This document shows positions 37,044-45,406 of a stretch of DNA of 64,000 bases, piece after piece (position 1 is the stretch's first letter; each line of letters opens with the position of its first letter). The notes below the pieces were generated by a model. The model did not search any database and had not been told where the DNA came from. It saw only the letters and a list, made by a program, of their open reading frames with translations. The stretch spans positions 128,001 to 192,000 of the forward strand of contig JBHYGA010000006.1 in NCBI GenBank assembly GCA_051859245.1, read 5' to 3'. Position numbers and translations under genes: made by a program. Origin of the DNA: Gemmatimonadaceae bacterium (GTDB lineage: Bacteria > Gemmatimonadota > Gemmatimonadetes > Gemmatimonadales > Gemmatimonadaceae).

Positions 37044-39050
37044 ATGAAACGTCGTACAGTTTCACGCAAGATCAATACAGTCATCGGTTTAGCTATCGGT
37101 TCCGGATTGTTGTTGTTGCTCGTGGCACTTTGGCAGCAGTCAGCCGTGGCGTCTGAATATCAGTCCCTGATCAGCGGCACTATCGAAGCCCGACAGCGCT
37201 CCATCAAGGCGCAGTTTCATTTGAAAGGTCAGGTGCAGGAATGGAAGAACGTGCTCATCCGTGGAAGTGACGAAACCCTGCGCACCAAGCACTTCGACGC
37301 GTTTGTGTTGGAAGAAGCGGCCGTGCAAGCGCAGGCTGATTCACTTGGTTCACTGCTGACCGACTCTACGCAGATAGCGCTCGTGTCGTCCGTTGCCGAT
37401 GCGCATCGCACGCTCGGCGGTCAATATCGCGAGGCGTATGAGGCATTCCGCGCTGGTGGTGGGACGGATATTGCAGCGGCTGATGCCGCGCTCAAGGGCA
37501 AAGACCGGGCGCCGGTTGTATTACTCGATTCGTTGGCTCGTTCGCTGTCCATCACAACGGATGAAGCAATCGCGACGCAGCAGGCGCGTGCCGCACGCGT
37601 TCGCACCATGCTTTCGGTCTCCGCGCTGTTCATCTTCGCAATCACAACGGCGGTGGCTGTGCGGATCGGCCGGTCGCTTTCGCGTCGCGTGAATGCCGTT
37701 GTCGATCGCGTCCAACGTGTTGCACGCACTGACATCTCCGCCATGTCCGCGTCCGCAACTGGACTGGCCGACGGAGCGCTAGACGTTGTCGCTGCAGAAC
37801 GCACCGCGCATCTTGATCCGTCTGACAACGACGAGCTCACGGATCTTGCGCATTCACTCAACGGCATGATCGACGCAAGCGCGTCATCCTCGGCGGCATT
37901 GACGCGCGCGATCAATACGCTGCAGGCGTTGATTGCCGAAGCCAGTAGTCTGGCTGCTGCTGCACGCGAAGGTCGCCTGTCCGCACGTGGTGACGCGAAT
38001 CGATTTGCTGGTGGCTACAAGCTGCTGGTCGAGGAAATGAATGCGATGCTCGAAGAAACGATGGCGCCGATCAACGAAGCATCAGCGGTGCTTGCCCGAG
38101 TTGCCGATCGTGATCTGACGGCGCGCGTGGAAGGCACGTACCGCGGTGATCATGCGGCCATCGCTGAATCCGTGAATACAGCGGTTGAGAATCTGGATAA
38201 TGTTCTGCTTGAGATGTCGCGCGCTGCGGATCAGGTTGCCTCCGCCTCATCGCAGATCGCCAGTGGTGCGTCGACGCTCGCTGAGGCGACCTCGGAGCAG
38301 GCGGCGTCGATTGAAGAAGTCACCGCCTCGTTGCTTGACCTGTCGGCATCAAGCGACAACAACTCGAACAGCGCGAAGGAAGCGAAGGTGCTTTCTGATG
38401 GTTCACGTGCTGAAGCGAGCGAAGGTGTCGCGGCCATGAATGAACTGCACGACGCACTGAAGGAGGTGTCCGCCAGTGCAGATGCAACCGCTCGCATTGT
38501 GAAAACGATTGACGAAATCGCGTTCCAGACCAACTTGCTGGCCCTGAATGCGGCGGTGGAAGCGGCGCGCGCCGGTGACGCAGGACGTGGTTTCGCCGTG
38601 GTGGCCGATGAAGTGCGTGCGCTGGCATTGCGCAGCGCGGAGGCCGCGAAGCAGACGGCTGACCTGATCGAGAAATCGGTACAGGACGCCCGTCGTGGAA
38701 CGTCGCTCGGTACGCGCGCGGCAGAGCGGCTGAGCAGTATTGATGCGGGCGTCAACTCGGTCACGGGCGTGATGGAGCGCATTGTCGAGCTGTCACAGTC
38801 GCAGCGCGAAGGCGTGCGTGAAATTTCGCGCACGATGGAGCATATGAACTCGGCCACACAGTCAGCGGCGACAAACTCGGAAGAGTCGGCAGCGGCATCG
38901 GAAGAACTTTCCAGTCAGGCGGGGCGCGTTCGCGAGCTGGTTGGATCGTTCAAGACCACTGGTGCAGCCTCACGTGTGACTGCGTCGCCGCGCTCGATGC
39001 AGCGCGCTGGCCGGGTTTCGGCGGCGCGGTTGGAAGCGTCGATCTTCTAG
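37044..39050 (+). CDS. Methyl-accepting chemotaxis protein
   Basis: 2 TM, periplasmic helical sensor ([12 protein letters not shown]), multiple HAMPs, [33 protein letters not shown]. Confidence 0.96.
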   Translation: MKRRTVSRKINTVIGLAIGSGLLLLLVALWQQSAVASEYQSLISGTIEARQRSIKAQFHLKGQVQEWKNVLIRGSDETLRTKHFDAFVLEEAAVQAQADSLGSLLTDSTQIALVSSVADAHRTLGGQYREAYEAFRAGGGTDIAAADAALKGKDRAPVVLLDSLARSLSITTDEAIATQQARAARVRTMLSVSALFIFAITTAVAVRIGRSLSRRVNAVVDRVQRVARTDISAMSASATGLADGALDVVAAERTAHLDPSDNDELTDLAHSLNGMIDASASSSAALTRAINTLQALIAEASSLAAAAREGRLSARGDANRFAGGYKLLVEEMNAMLEETMAPINEASAVLARVADRDLTARVEGTYRGDHAAIAESVNTAVENLDNVLLEMSRAADQVASASSQIASGASTLAEATSEQAASIEEVTASLLDLSASSDNNSNSAKEAKVLSDGSRAEASEGVAAMNELHDALKEVSASADATARIVKTIDEIAFQTNLLALNAAVEAARAGDAGRGFAVVADEVRALALRSAEAAKQTADLIEKSVQDARRGTSLGTRAAERLSSIDAGVNSVTGVMERIVELSQSQREGVREISRTMEHMNSATQSAATNSEESAAASEELSSQAGRVRELVGSFKTTGAASRVTASPRSMQRAGRVSAARLEASIF

Positions 39051-39071
39051 AATCCAGTGAGCGCTCGCCGT

Positions 39072-39112
39072 CGGGGCGGTCTGACCATGTGCCGGGCCGC
39101 CCCGTTGCTTTT
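39072..39112 (+). terminator. Probable intrinsic terminator after the MCP
   Basis: CGGGGCGGTCTG / CGGGCCGCCCCG stem (with G-U pairs) followed by TTGCTTTT. Confidence 0.6.
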
Positions 39113-39211
39113 GGTCGTCGGAATTGCCCCGGTACGGCGCTTCCCATCATCCGCGACACGCGTTCACTTACGGCCGTGCCAACTCCACGCGTATTGCCAG
39201 GATCCTCGGGC

Positions 39212-41134
39212 GTGAGCCCGACTCGCGCCATCACAATTGCACTCGTAGCCTCTCTGCTGCTCACGAGTTGCGACGCTGCCACGTCAGACCGTTCACCCGA
39301 CGCCTATCGTGTGTTCGACGCCTTTTCGGCCGAGGAGATCCGTCGGGCCGTAGCTTCGGCGCGCCGCGAAACGGCCGTTGCCGCCGGCGCGCGCATCGTG
39401 TCGGTCACCCTCGATGAACCGGATAAGGCGATCGTACTGGGCGGTGGTGCGGTGGAGCGCGTCGCACGCGTGCTGACGTACAACATGACAGCGAACGTGA
39501 CGGCCGAAACGCGAGTGCAGGTGACCGACGGCCGTGTACTGTCATCGCGCGTCATTCCCGATGTGCAACCGGCACTCGGCGCGGCTGACGCGATGCGCGC
39601 GAGCGAAATTGTGAACGCTGATGCACGCTGGGCGGACGCGATGCGGCGACGCGGGGTGACGGATCTTGCGGATGTTTTCGCTGCCAGCTGGAGCGTGGGA
39701 TATTTTGGCGACTCGACGCAACGTGATCGGTTGGTTCGCGTGATTCCGTCGCTGCGTGAAGGGGCGCGTGATAATGTGTTCATGCGGCCCATCGAGGGTG
39801 TTTCGGCGCTGGTGAATCTCACGAGTGGCCGAGTGGAATCGTTGACTGATGAAGCGGTCACGCCGGTTGCTGACGAGTCGCAGTTCAGCGAACTGACGGA
39901 TGACGCCTCGGCACCGCGTAATGAAGTGATCAGCAACACGATCGAAGTCGCAGGCGGTTACGTGCGATGGCGAAACTGGAAGCTGCACGTGTCGCCGGAC
40001 TCGCGTGAAGGTGTGGTGTTGCACCGCGTTTCGTACACAGACCAGGGACGCGAGCGATCACTGCTCTACCGCGCGGGCGTTTCCGAAATGGTGGTGCCGT
40101 ACGGTGATCCCGCGGCGGGCTGGTACGTGCGCAATGCGCTCGACGCCGGCGAACTCGGGCTCGGTCAGTTCGTGTTACCGCTCCGCGAAGGTGTGGATGT
40201 GCCAAACGGTGCGCGGTTTCTCTCTGCAACACTGGTAAACGAAACCGGGACACCCGTAGAGCATCCACGTGCGATTGCGTTGTATGAGCGCGACGGTGGA
40301 CTGGCGTGGCGATTCATGCAATCAGCGCGGCGATCGCGTCAGCTGGTGATTGAATGGATCTCAACAGTGGGCAACTACGAATACGCGTTCGCCTGGATCT
40401 TTCACGAAGACGGTGTGATCGAGCAGCGTACAACGCTCACCGGCATCATGTCGGTCAAGGGCGCTACTCGCGCGAACGATAGCAGTGCTCTGCACGGGCA
40501 ACGCGTAAGCGATCGGATCGTCGCGCCACATCATCAGCACTTCTTTGCGTTTCGTCTTGACGTGGATGTTGATGGTGCGAATTCGCATCGCGTGCTTGAG
40601 GTCGACGCGCAGTCGTCGACGGAGCATGATGTGCACAACAGTCGCGCCGAAATGCACGCGCGGTCGCAGGTACTCGACACCGAACTCGGCGCGCGTCGCA
40701 TGACGTCTGGCGCCACGGCTCGACGGTGGGTGGTGCAGAACACCGGCGTGCGTAACGCGGTGAATGAGCCAACGGCGGTGAGTCTGCTGCCCGGTGAGAA
40801 TTCGGTGCCACTGGCCGACACAGCCGCCTGGATACGCAAGCGGGCAGGGTTTATCGACGCGCAGCTTTGGGTTACGCCGTATCGCCGAAGCGAGTTGTAT
40901 GCAGCCGGTGACTATCCGAATCAGAGCCGGGGTGGCGACGGGCTGCCTGCATTTACGCGTGGTGATGCGCCGGTGGCGAACACCGACGTGGTGCTCTGGT
41001 ACGTGATGGGTATTACGCACCTGCCGCGAACGGAAGATTGGCCAGTGATGCCGTCGCATGTGGCGGGCTTCAAGCTGGTGCCCACGGGGTTTTTTTCGCG
41101 GAATCCGCTGGTTCGTGTGGACACGGTGCGCTAG
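39212..41134 (+). CDS. Copper-containing primary amine oxidase (TPQ), predicted lipoprotein
   Basis: TVGNYEY (TPQ-forming Tyr), HHQH and THLPRTEDWPVMP Cu ligands, SEMVVPYGDP, catalytic Asp in LDAGE; lipobox LLTSC; start uncertain. Confidence 0.92.
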   Translation: MSPTRAITIALVASLLLTSCDAATSDRSPDAYRVFDAFSAEEIRRAVASARRETAVAAGARIVSVTLDEPDKAIVLGGGAVERVARVLTYNMTANVTAETRVQVTDGRVLSSRVIPDVQPALGAADAMRASEIVNADARWADAMRRRGVTDLADVFAASWSVGYFGDSTQRDRLVRVIPSLREGARDNVFMRPIEGVSALVNLTSGRVESLTDEAVTPVADESQFSELTDDASAPRNEVISNTIEVAGGYVRWRNWKLHVSPDSREGVVLHRVSYTDQGRERSLLYRAGVSEMVVPYGDPAAGWYVRNALDAGELGLGQFVLPLREGVDVPNGARFLSATLVNETGTPVEHPRAIALYERDGGLAWRFMQSARRSRQLVIEWISTVGNYEYAFAWIFHEDGVIEQRTTLTGIMSVKGATRANDSSALHGQRVSDRIVAPHHQHFFAFRLDVDVDGANSHRVLEVDAQSSTEHDVHNSRAEMHARSQVLDTELGARRMTSGATARRWVVQNTGVRNAVNEPTAVSLLPGENSVPLADTAAWIRKRAGFIDAQLWVTPYRRSELYAAGDYPNQSRGGDGLPAFTRGDAPVANTDVVLWYVMGITHLPRTEDWPVMPSHVAGFKLVPTGFFSRNPLVRVDTVR

Positions 41135-41199
41135 CGACGTATTCGCACCGCTGTGTGCATTCGTATGCTTGAGTCCGGTACTGTCACAATTTTCGCCTC

Positions 41200-41228
41200 T
41201 TGCACAGACGCTCAGAAAATCGTACTGT
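41200..41228 (+). promoter_or_regulatory. Sigma70-like promoter of mini PEP-CTERM gene 1
   Basis: TTGCAC-N17-TACTGT; position conserved in unit 2. Confidence 0.6.
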
Positions 41229-41277
41229 CGCGGTCCAACCTGAAGTACACGCCTACCCGAAGTCCGAGAGGTCGCGT

Positions 41278-41475
41278 ATGAAAAAGTTCGCTGCTGCAGT
41301 TGCTGTGCTGGCGTTGTCGGCGGGGCCGTTGATGGCGGTTGGCAGTCAGGACCCCTGCCAAATCACCGCGTGTCCGCCAGTGTCCTCTGTGCCCGAGCCC
41401 GCCACCATGGCCCTCCTCGCTGGCGGAGCCGTACTGCTCGGCGCCACCGCGTGGCGTCGCCGCAAGAACCGCTGA
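41278..41475 (+). CDS. Minimal PEP-CTERM peptide 1 (65 aa; core VGSQDPCQITACPPVSS)
   Basis: GAGG RBS; signal MKKFAAAVAVLALSAGPLMA; VPEPATMALLAGGAVLLGATAWRRRKNR sorting signal; paralog downstream. Confidence 0.9.
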   Translation: MKKFAAAVAVLALSAGPLMAVGSQDPCQITACPPVSSVPEPATMALLAGGAVLLGATAWRRRKNR

Positions 41476-41581
41476 TTTTCTCAGCAGCATGAACACGACG
41501 TCGCACGCGCACCGTGTCAGAACGCTGCGACGGCGTGTCTTGTGTGCAGGCGATGCATTCACGTCGCGCAGCTATTGACTC

Positions 41582-41610
41582 TTGCTGAACCGCTCGGAAA
41601 AACGTATTGT
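41582..41610 (+). promoter_or_regulatory. Sigma70-like promoter of mini PEP-CTERM gene 2
   Basis: TTGCTG-N17-TATTGT. Confidence 0.6.
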
Positions 41611-41658
41611 CGCCGTCCTACCTGAACTGAACGCCTACCGATTCTTAAGAGGTCGCGT

Positions 41659-41859
41659 ATGAAAAAGTTCGCTGCTGCAGTTGCTGTATTGGCGTTGTCG
41701 GCTGGGCCGTTGATGGCGGGCATACCGGTGCCGCAGTGTGGTCAGCCCGGCGCCGCGCCCTGCCCAAGTTCAGTCCCCGAGCCCGCCACCATGGCCCTCC
41801 TCGCCGGCGGAGCCGTACTGCTCGGCGCCACCGCATGGCGTCGCCGCAACAACCGCTGA
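41659..41859 (+). CDS. Minimal PEP-CTERM peptide 2 (66 aa; core GIPVPQCGQPGAAPCPSS)
   Basis: Identical 20-aa signal; VPEP...WRRRNNR anchor; GAGG RBS. Confidence 0.9.
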   Translation: MKKFAAAVAVLALSAGPLMAGIPVPQCGQPGAAPCPSSVPEPATMALLAGGAVLLGATAWRRRNNR

Positions 41860-41872
41860 TTTTCTCGGCACC

Positions 41873-42739
41873 GTGAACACGCCGTCGCGCGCGCAGAGTA
41901 TCGCAACGCCGCGACGGCGTGTTGTGCGTTCGCAGGTCATTGCCGTGATCACGGCCGTTGTCAGCGCCGCGTGCACCGCGCCCGAACGTGAGTCCGATAC
42001 CGACGCGCCCGCGCTCGACCTCGCACGCTTTACGATGGTCGACCTCACGCACGCGTACAACGCGCAAACAATTTTCTGGCCGACTGATACCAACCGTTTT
42101 GCACTGCGCGAACTTGCGCGTGGCAACACGCCTGGCGGCTGGTTCTATTCGTCCAATGCGTTCACCTCGCCGGAGCACGGCGGTACGCATCTCGATGCGC
42201 CCATTCACTTTCAGATTCAAGGGCGCACCAGCGAGTCAATTCCGCTGGAACAGCTGATCGCACCGGCGGTCGTGATCGATGTGAGCGCGAAGGCAGAAGC
42301 GAACGCCGACTACTTGCTCTCCATCGAAGACGTACAGGCCTTTGAACAGGAGCACGGCGTCATCGCCGCCGGAACGATGGTGCTGCTCCGCACAGGCTGG
42401 AGCAAACGGTGGCCCGATCGCCGCGGTTACCTTGGCGATGACACGCCTGGCGACGCGTCAAACCTGCACTTCCCCAGTTTCGGCGCGGACGCTGCTCGGC
42501 TGTTGGTCGACGAGCGCGGGGTGGCCGCGATCGGCGCCGACGTCGCGTCGATCGATGGCGGCCAGTCCAAGGATTTTCAGGTACATCGCATCGCCGCGCT
42601 GGCCAACGTGCCCGGATTCGAAAACCTGACCGGGCTCGAGGCACTACCTGCCCGGGGCGCATTCGTCATTGCGCTGCCCATGAAAATCGAAGGCGGTTCC
42701 GGCGGCCCGCTGCGCGCCGTGGCGCTCGTACCCAGGTAG
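41873..42739 (+). CDS. Cyclase family (kynurenine formamidase-like) metal hydrolase, predicted lipoprotein
   Basis: EHGGTHLDAPIHF (HxGTHxDxPxH), LLRTGW, HFP, IGADVASID, PMKIEGGSGGPLR; lipobox VSAAC; start uncertain. Confidence 0.88.
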   Translation: MNTPSRAQSIATPRRRVVRSQVIAVITAVVSAACTAPERESDTDAPALDLARFTMVDLTHAYNAQTIFWPTDTNRFALRELARGNTPGGWFYSSNAFTSPEHGGTHLDAPIHFQIQGRTSESIPLEQLIAPAVVIDVSAKAEANADYLLSIEDVQAFEQEHGVIAAGTMVLLRTGWSKRWPDRRGYLGDDTPGDASNLHFPSFGADAARLLVDERGVAAIGADVASIDGGQSKDFQVHRIAALANVPGFENLTGLEALPARGAFVIALPMKIEGGSGGPLRAVALVPR

Positions 42740-42805
42740 GCGCCCAACGCCGCTGGCGCGAAGGGCGTTGAATGGGTAGGCTCCGATACGCCTCGCCCTC
42801 CTCTC

Positions 42806-43507
42806 ATGACCCCTCGATTGACGGTGAAGTACTTCTCCCTGCGCGGCGTCTGGGCCGCTTCTCTGCTGATCGCTGCCGGTGCCTGCAGTGCCTCGCGCCC
42901 CGCTGCCAGCCCTGCCTCACGGCCCGCGGCCGACCCTGTTTCGCGCCCCGCTGCCAGCCCAGCTTCCAGCCCCGCCGCGGCGGAACACCACCACCACATG
43001 GAAGGCATGACGCCGGTCACCATTCCTGCGGGGGCGATGATTACCGAGGCGGACGTGCGCTTCATGCAGGGAATGATCGGGCACCACGCGCAGGCCGTGC
43101 ACATGACACGCATGGCGGCCGGTGCCGGTGCAAGTCCGCGTGTGCTCAAGCTCGCACAAAAAATCGATCTCTCGCAGGCCGGCGAGATTGTGCTGATGCA
43201 GGAGTGGTTAGCCGAGTACAAACAGCAGGTGCCCGATACGTCGTCATGGCGCGGCATGAGCATGCCTGGCATGCTCACCGCCGACGAGCTCGCCAACCTT
43301 GAGAAAGCACGTGGCGTGGAGTTTGACCGCCAGTTTCTCACGCTGATGATCAAACATCACGAGGGCGCCATCAAAATGGTCGCCGATTTGTTTGCAACAC
43401 CGCGCGCAGGTCAGGAAGTGGATGTGTCGGTGTTTGCCAATGATGTCGAAACAACACAGACCGCCGAGATCGGACTGATGTTGCAGATGCTCGCCGAGTT
43501 GCGCTAA
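42806..43507 (+). CDS. DUF305 (ferritin-like, CopM-related) lipoprotein
   Basis: ADVRFMQGMIGHHAQA, Q..EI..MQ.WL, MPGM, FDRQFL.LMIKHHEGA; lipobox AGAC; HHHHM stretch. Confidence 0.88.
   Translation: MTPRLTVKYFSLRGVWAASLLIAAGACSASRPAASPASRPAADPVSRPAASPASSPAAAEHHHHMEGMTPVTIPAGAMITEADVRFMQGMIGHHAQAVHMTRMAAGAGASPRVLKLAQKIDLSQAGEIVLMQEWLAEYKQQVPDTSSWRGMSMPGMLTADELANLEKARGVEFDRQFLTLMIKHHEGAIKMVADLFATPRAGQEVDVSVFANDVETTQTAEIGLMLQMLAELR
42890..42980 (+). repeat. Imperfect 24-bp tandem repeat in the DUF305 linker
   Basis: Encodes ASRPAASP/ASRPAADP/VSRPAASP/ASSPAA; TCGCGCCCCGCTGCCAGCCC recurs at 42893 and 42941. Confidence 0.8.
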
Positions 43508-43552
43508 GCAACCGCGTCTTCCCACCACGCCCTTTACCTGGAGTCGCTCCTG

Positions 43553-45403
43553 ATGCGATCCGCCCATCTGGAAAATGTTCGTACGTTCTGTCGTTCGGCA
43601 TCAGCCGTTGCGTTGCTTGTCGCATCCGCAACGATCGGAATGAGCGCCACACGTGCTGATGCACAGACGTACCCAAGCGCGACTGATCCACGCAATGGAC
43701 TGAAGACTGGGTTGAACGACGCTGGCGTCGCGATCAAAGGCATGCGTCTCGTGTCCACGGCGCCCAAGGCGGCACCGTTCGATTCCATGCGCGGGCTCAC
43801 CTTTGTGAACTCCGATCTCGCGTTTAAAGGCAACCTGGTATATCAGGGAAACTTCGCCGGCTTCTCAATCTGGGACGTCAGCAATCCGGCAAAGCCTGCA
43901 CTGCTTTCGGTCGTGCCGTGCATCACGTCGCAGGGTGATCCGTCGATCTACGGCAACCTGCTCTTTGTCTCGGCGGAAGGCGGCGGTAATCGCAATGACT
44001 GTGCGAAAGGCGGCGTGACGAACCCGGCTGACCACATGGCCGGCGTGCGCATTTACGACGTGAGCAATCCGCGCGCACCGCGATTGGTCAAGAACGTGCA
44101 AACGTGCAAGGGCTCGCACACGCACACACTGGTGCCGAGCCCAACTGAAATGGGTGTGCTGTACATCTATGTGTCGGGTAGTCAGGGCGCGCGACCGGAG
44201 ACCGAACTTGCTGGTTGCAAGAATGGCGCGAATCCCGCAGACGAAACCAACTCACTGTTCCGTCTTGATGTCATCAAAGTGAATGTGGCACGTCCGCAGG
44301 ACGCAGAAGTTGTGACCGGCGCGCGCATCTTCACCGGATTGGGCCCTGCGCCAGCGCGCGGTGGACGCGCACGTGCGGCGCGACCAGTTGCGGGCGCAGA
44401 CAGCGCCGAAATGGCCGCGCTGATGGCCACGGGACCGCGCAACTGTCACGACGTCACCTCGTATCCCGAAATGGGATTGCTCGCCGGCGCCTGTGGCAGC
44501 TACGGATTGCTCGTGGACATTTCAGATCCCATGAAGCCACGCCGCCTCGATGCAGTGGCCGATACGAACTTCTCGCTCTGGCACACCGCGGTGTTCAGCA
44601 ACGATGGCAAGAAAGTCGTGTTCACCGACGAATGGGGCGGTGGCACCTCGCCGAACTGCCAGTCCATTCATCCGCTCGAGATGGGTGGCAATACCACGCT
44701 TGTCATTGGCGACGACAAGAAGCTCAAGCAGCACGCGTACTACAAGATTGCGTCGTCGCAGAGCCCGCAGGAAAACTGCGTGTCACACAATGGCTCGCTC
44801 ATTCCGGTGCCCGGACGCGACATCATGGTGCAGGGCTGGTATCAGGGCGGTGTGAACATCATTGACTTCACCGACCCTGACAAGCCGTTCGAAATCGGCT
44901 TCTTCGATCGCGGCGCGGTTGATGCACCGCCGGCTGGTGATGCGTCGGCGCCAAACAGCCGCGCGCGTGGCACGATTGCCGGTTCGTGGGGCGCGTACTG
45001 GTACAATGGTTATGTGTACTCTTCAGAAATGGCGCGTGGTCTCGACATTCTGGAAGTGCTGCCGAGCGATCAGTTGTCGGCCAACGAACTGGCCTCCGCT
45101 AAGCTGGTCATGATGAACGAGTTCAACCCGCAGAGTCAGCCGCGCATCACCTGGCCGGCCGCGTTCCCGGTGGTGCGTTCCTATCTTGATCAGCTGGTAC
45201 GCGGCAACGGACTTGCTGCCGCGCGCACCACCGCCATTGATCGGGCGCTGACTGCGGCAGAGCGCCAGACTGGCGCCGCGCGTCGTACCGCCCTCACCAC
45301 GCTCGCCGGCGCGGTAGACGCCGACGCGCGGAGTGCGAAGGACGCCGCACGCGTTCGTGCGATGGCGCAGGCGATTCGCGACCTCGCCGCCGCAGCGCGC
45401 TGA
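43553..45403 (+). CDS. Secreted LVIVD-repeat-like beta-propeller protein
   Basis: Signal peptide (..ADAQ), repeated IWDVSNP / IYDVSNP / LVDISDP / IIDFTDP units, NSDLAF, GSHTH, CHD, DEWGGG. Confidence 0.82.
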   Translation: MRSAHLENVRTFCRSASAVALLVASATIGMSATRADAQTYPSATDPRNGLKTGLNDAGVAIKGMRLVSTAPKAAPFDSMRGLTFVNSDLAFKGNLVYQGNFAGFSIWDVSNPAKPALLSVVPCITSQGDPSIYGNLLFVSAEGGGNRNDCAKGGVTNPADHMAGVRIYDVSNPRAPRLVKNVQTCKGSHTHTLVPSPTEMGVLYIYVSGSQGARPETELAGCKNGANPADETNSLFRLDVIKVNVARPQDAEVVTGARIFTGLGPAPARGGRARAARPVAGADSAEMAALMATGPRNCHDVTSYPEMGLLAGACGSYGLLVDISDPMKPRRLDAVADTNFSLWHTAVFSNDGKKVVFTDEWGGGTSPNCQSIHPLEMGGNTTLVIGDDKKLKQHAYYKIASSQSPQENCVSHNGSLIPVPGRDIMVQGWYQGGVNIIDFTDPDKPFEIGFFDRGAVDAPPAGDASAPNSRARGTIAGSWGAYWYNGYVYSSEMARGLDILEVLPSDQLSANELASAKLVMMNEFNPQSQPRITWPAAFPVVRSYLDQLVRGNGLAAARTTAIDRALTAAERQTGAARRTALTTLAGAVDADARSAKDAARVRAMAQAIRDLAAAAR

Positions 45404-45406
45404 TTA

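Larger units (their letters stand above)
41199..41540 (+). repeat. Tandem duplication unit 1 (promoter + mini PEP-CTERM gene + hairpin)
   Basis: Aligns by eye with 41581-41925; ATG-to-ATG offset 381 bp. Confidence 0.9.
41581..41925 (+). repeat. Tandem duplication unit 2
   Basis: Same promoter, RBS, signal, anchor and hairpin layout as unit 1. Confidence 0.9.

Noticed and set aside
41356..41382. Core 1 CQITACPPV resembles oxytocin/inotocin-type nonapeptides (C-x-I-x-x-C-P, e.g. CLITNCPRG)
   Set aside because: Only 9 residues, no Gly-Lys-Arg amidation signal, and the paralog core lacks the pattern; chance similarity cannot be excluded, so mimicry is not claimed.
41489..41578. 29-aa ORF MNTTSHAHRVRTLRRR... 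after peptide gene 1
   Set aside because: It is the duplicated hairpin and cyclase 5' region; no RBS and no independent coding evidence.
41738..41872. Long N-terminal extension of the cyclase ORF in the track
   Set aside because: Alternate-frame read-through of peptide gene 2; the lipoprotein signal begins at or after 41873.
41199..41925. Constant-variable-constant repeat as a CRISPR array or DGR
   Set aside because: Two long protein-coding units only; no cas or reverse transcriptase gene nearby, and the differences are not adenine-specific.
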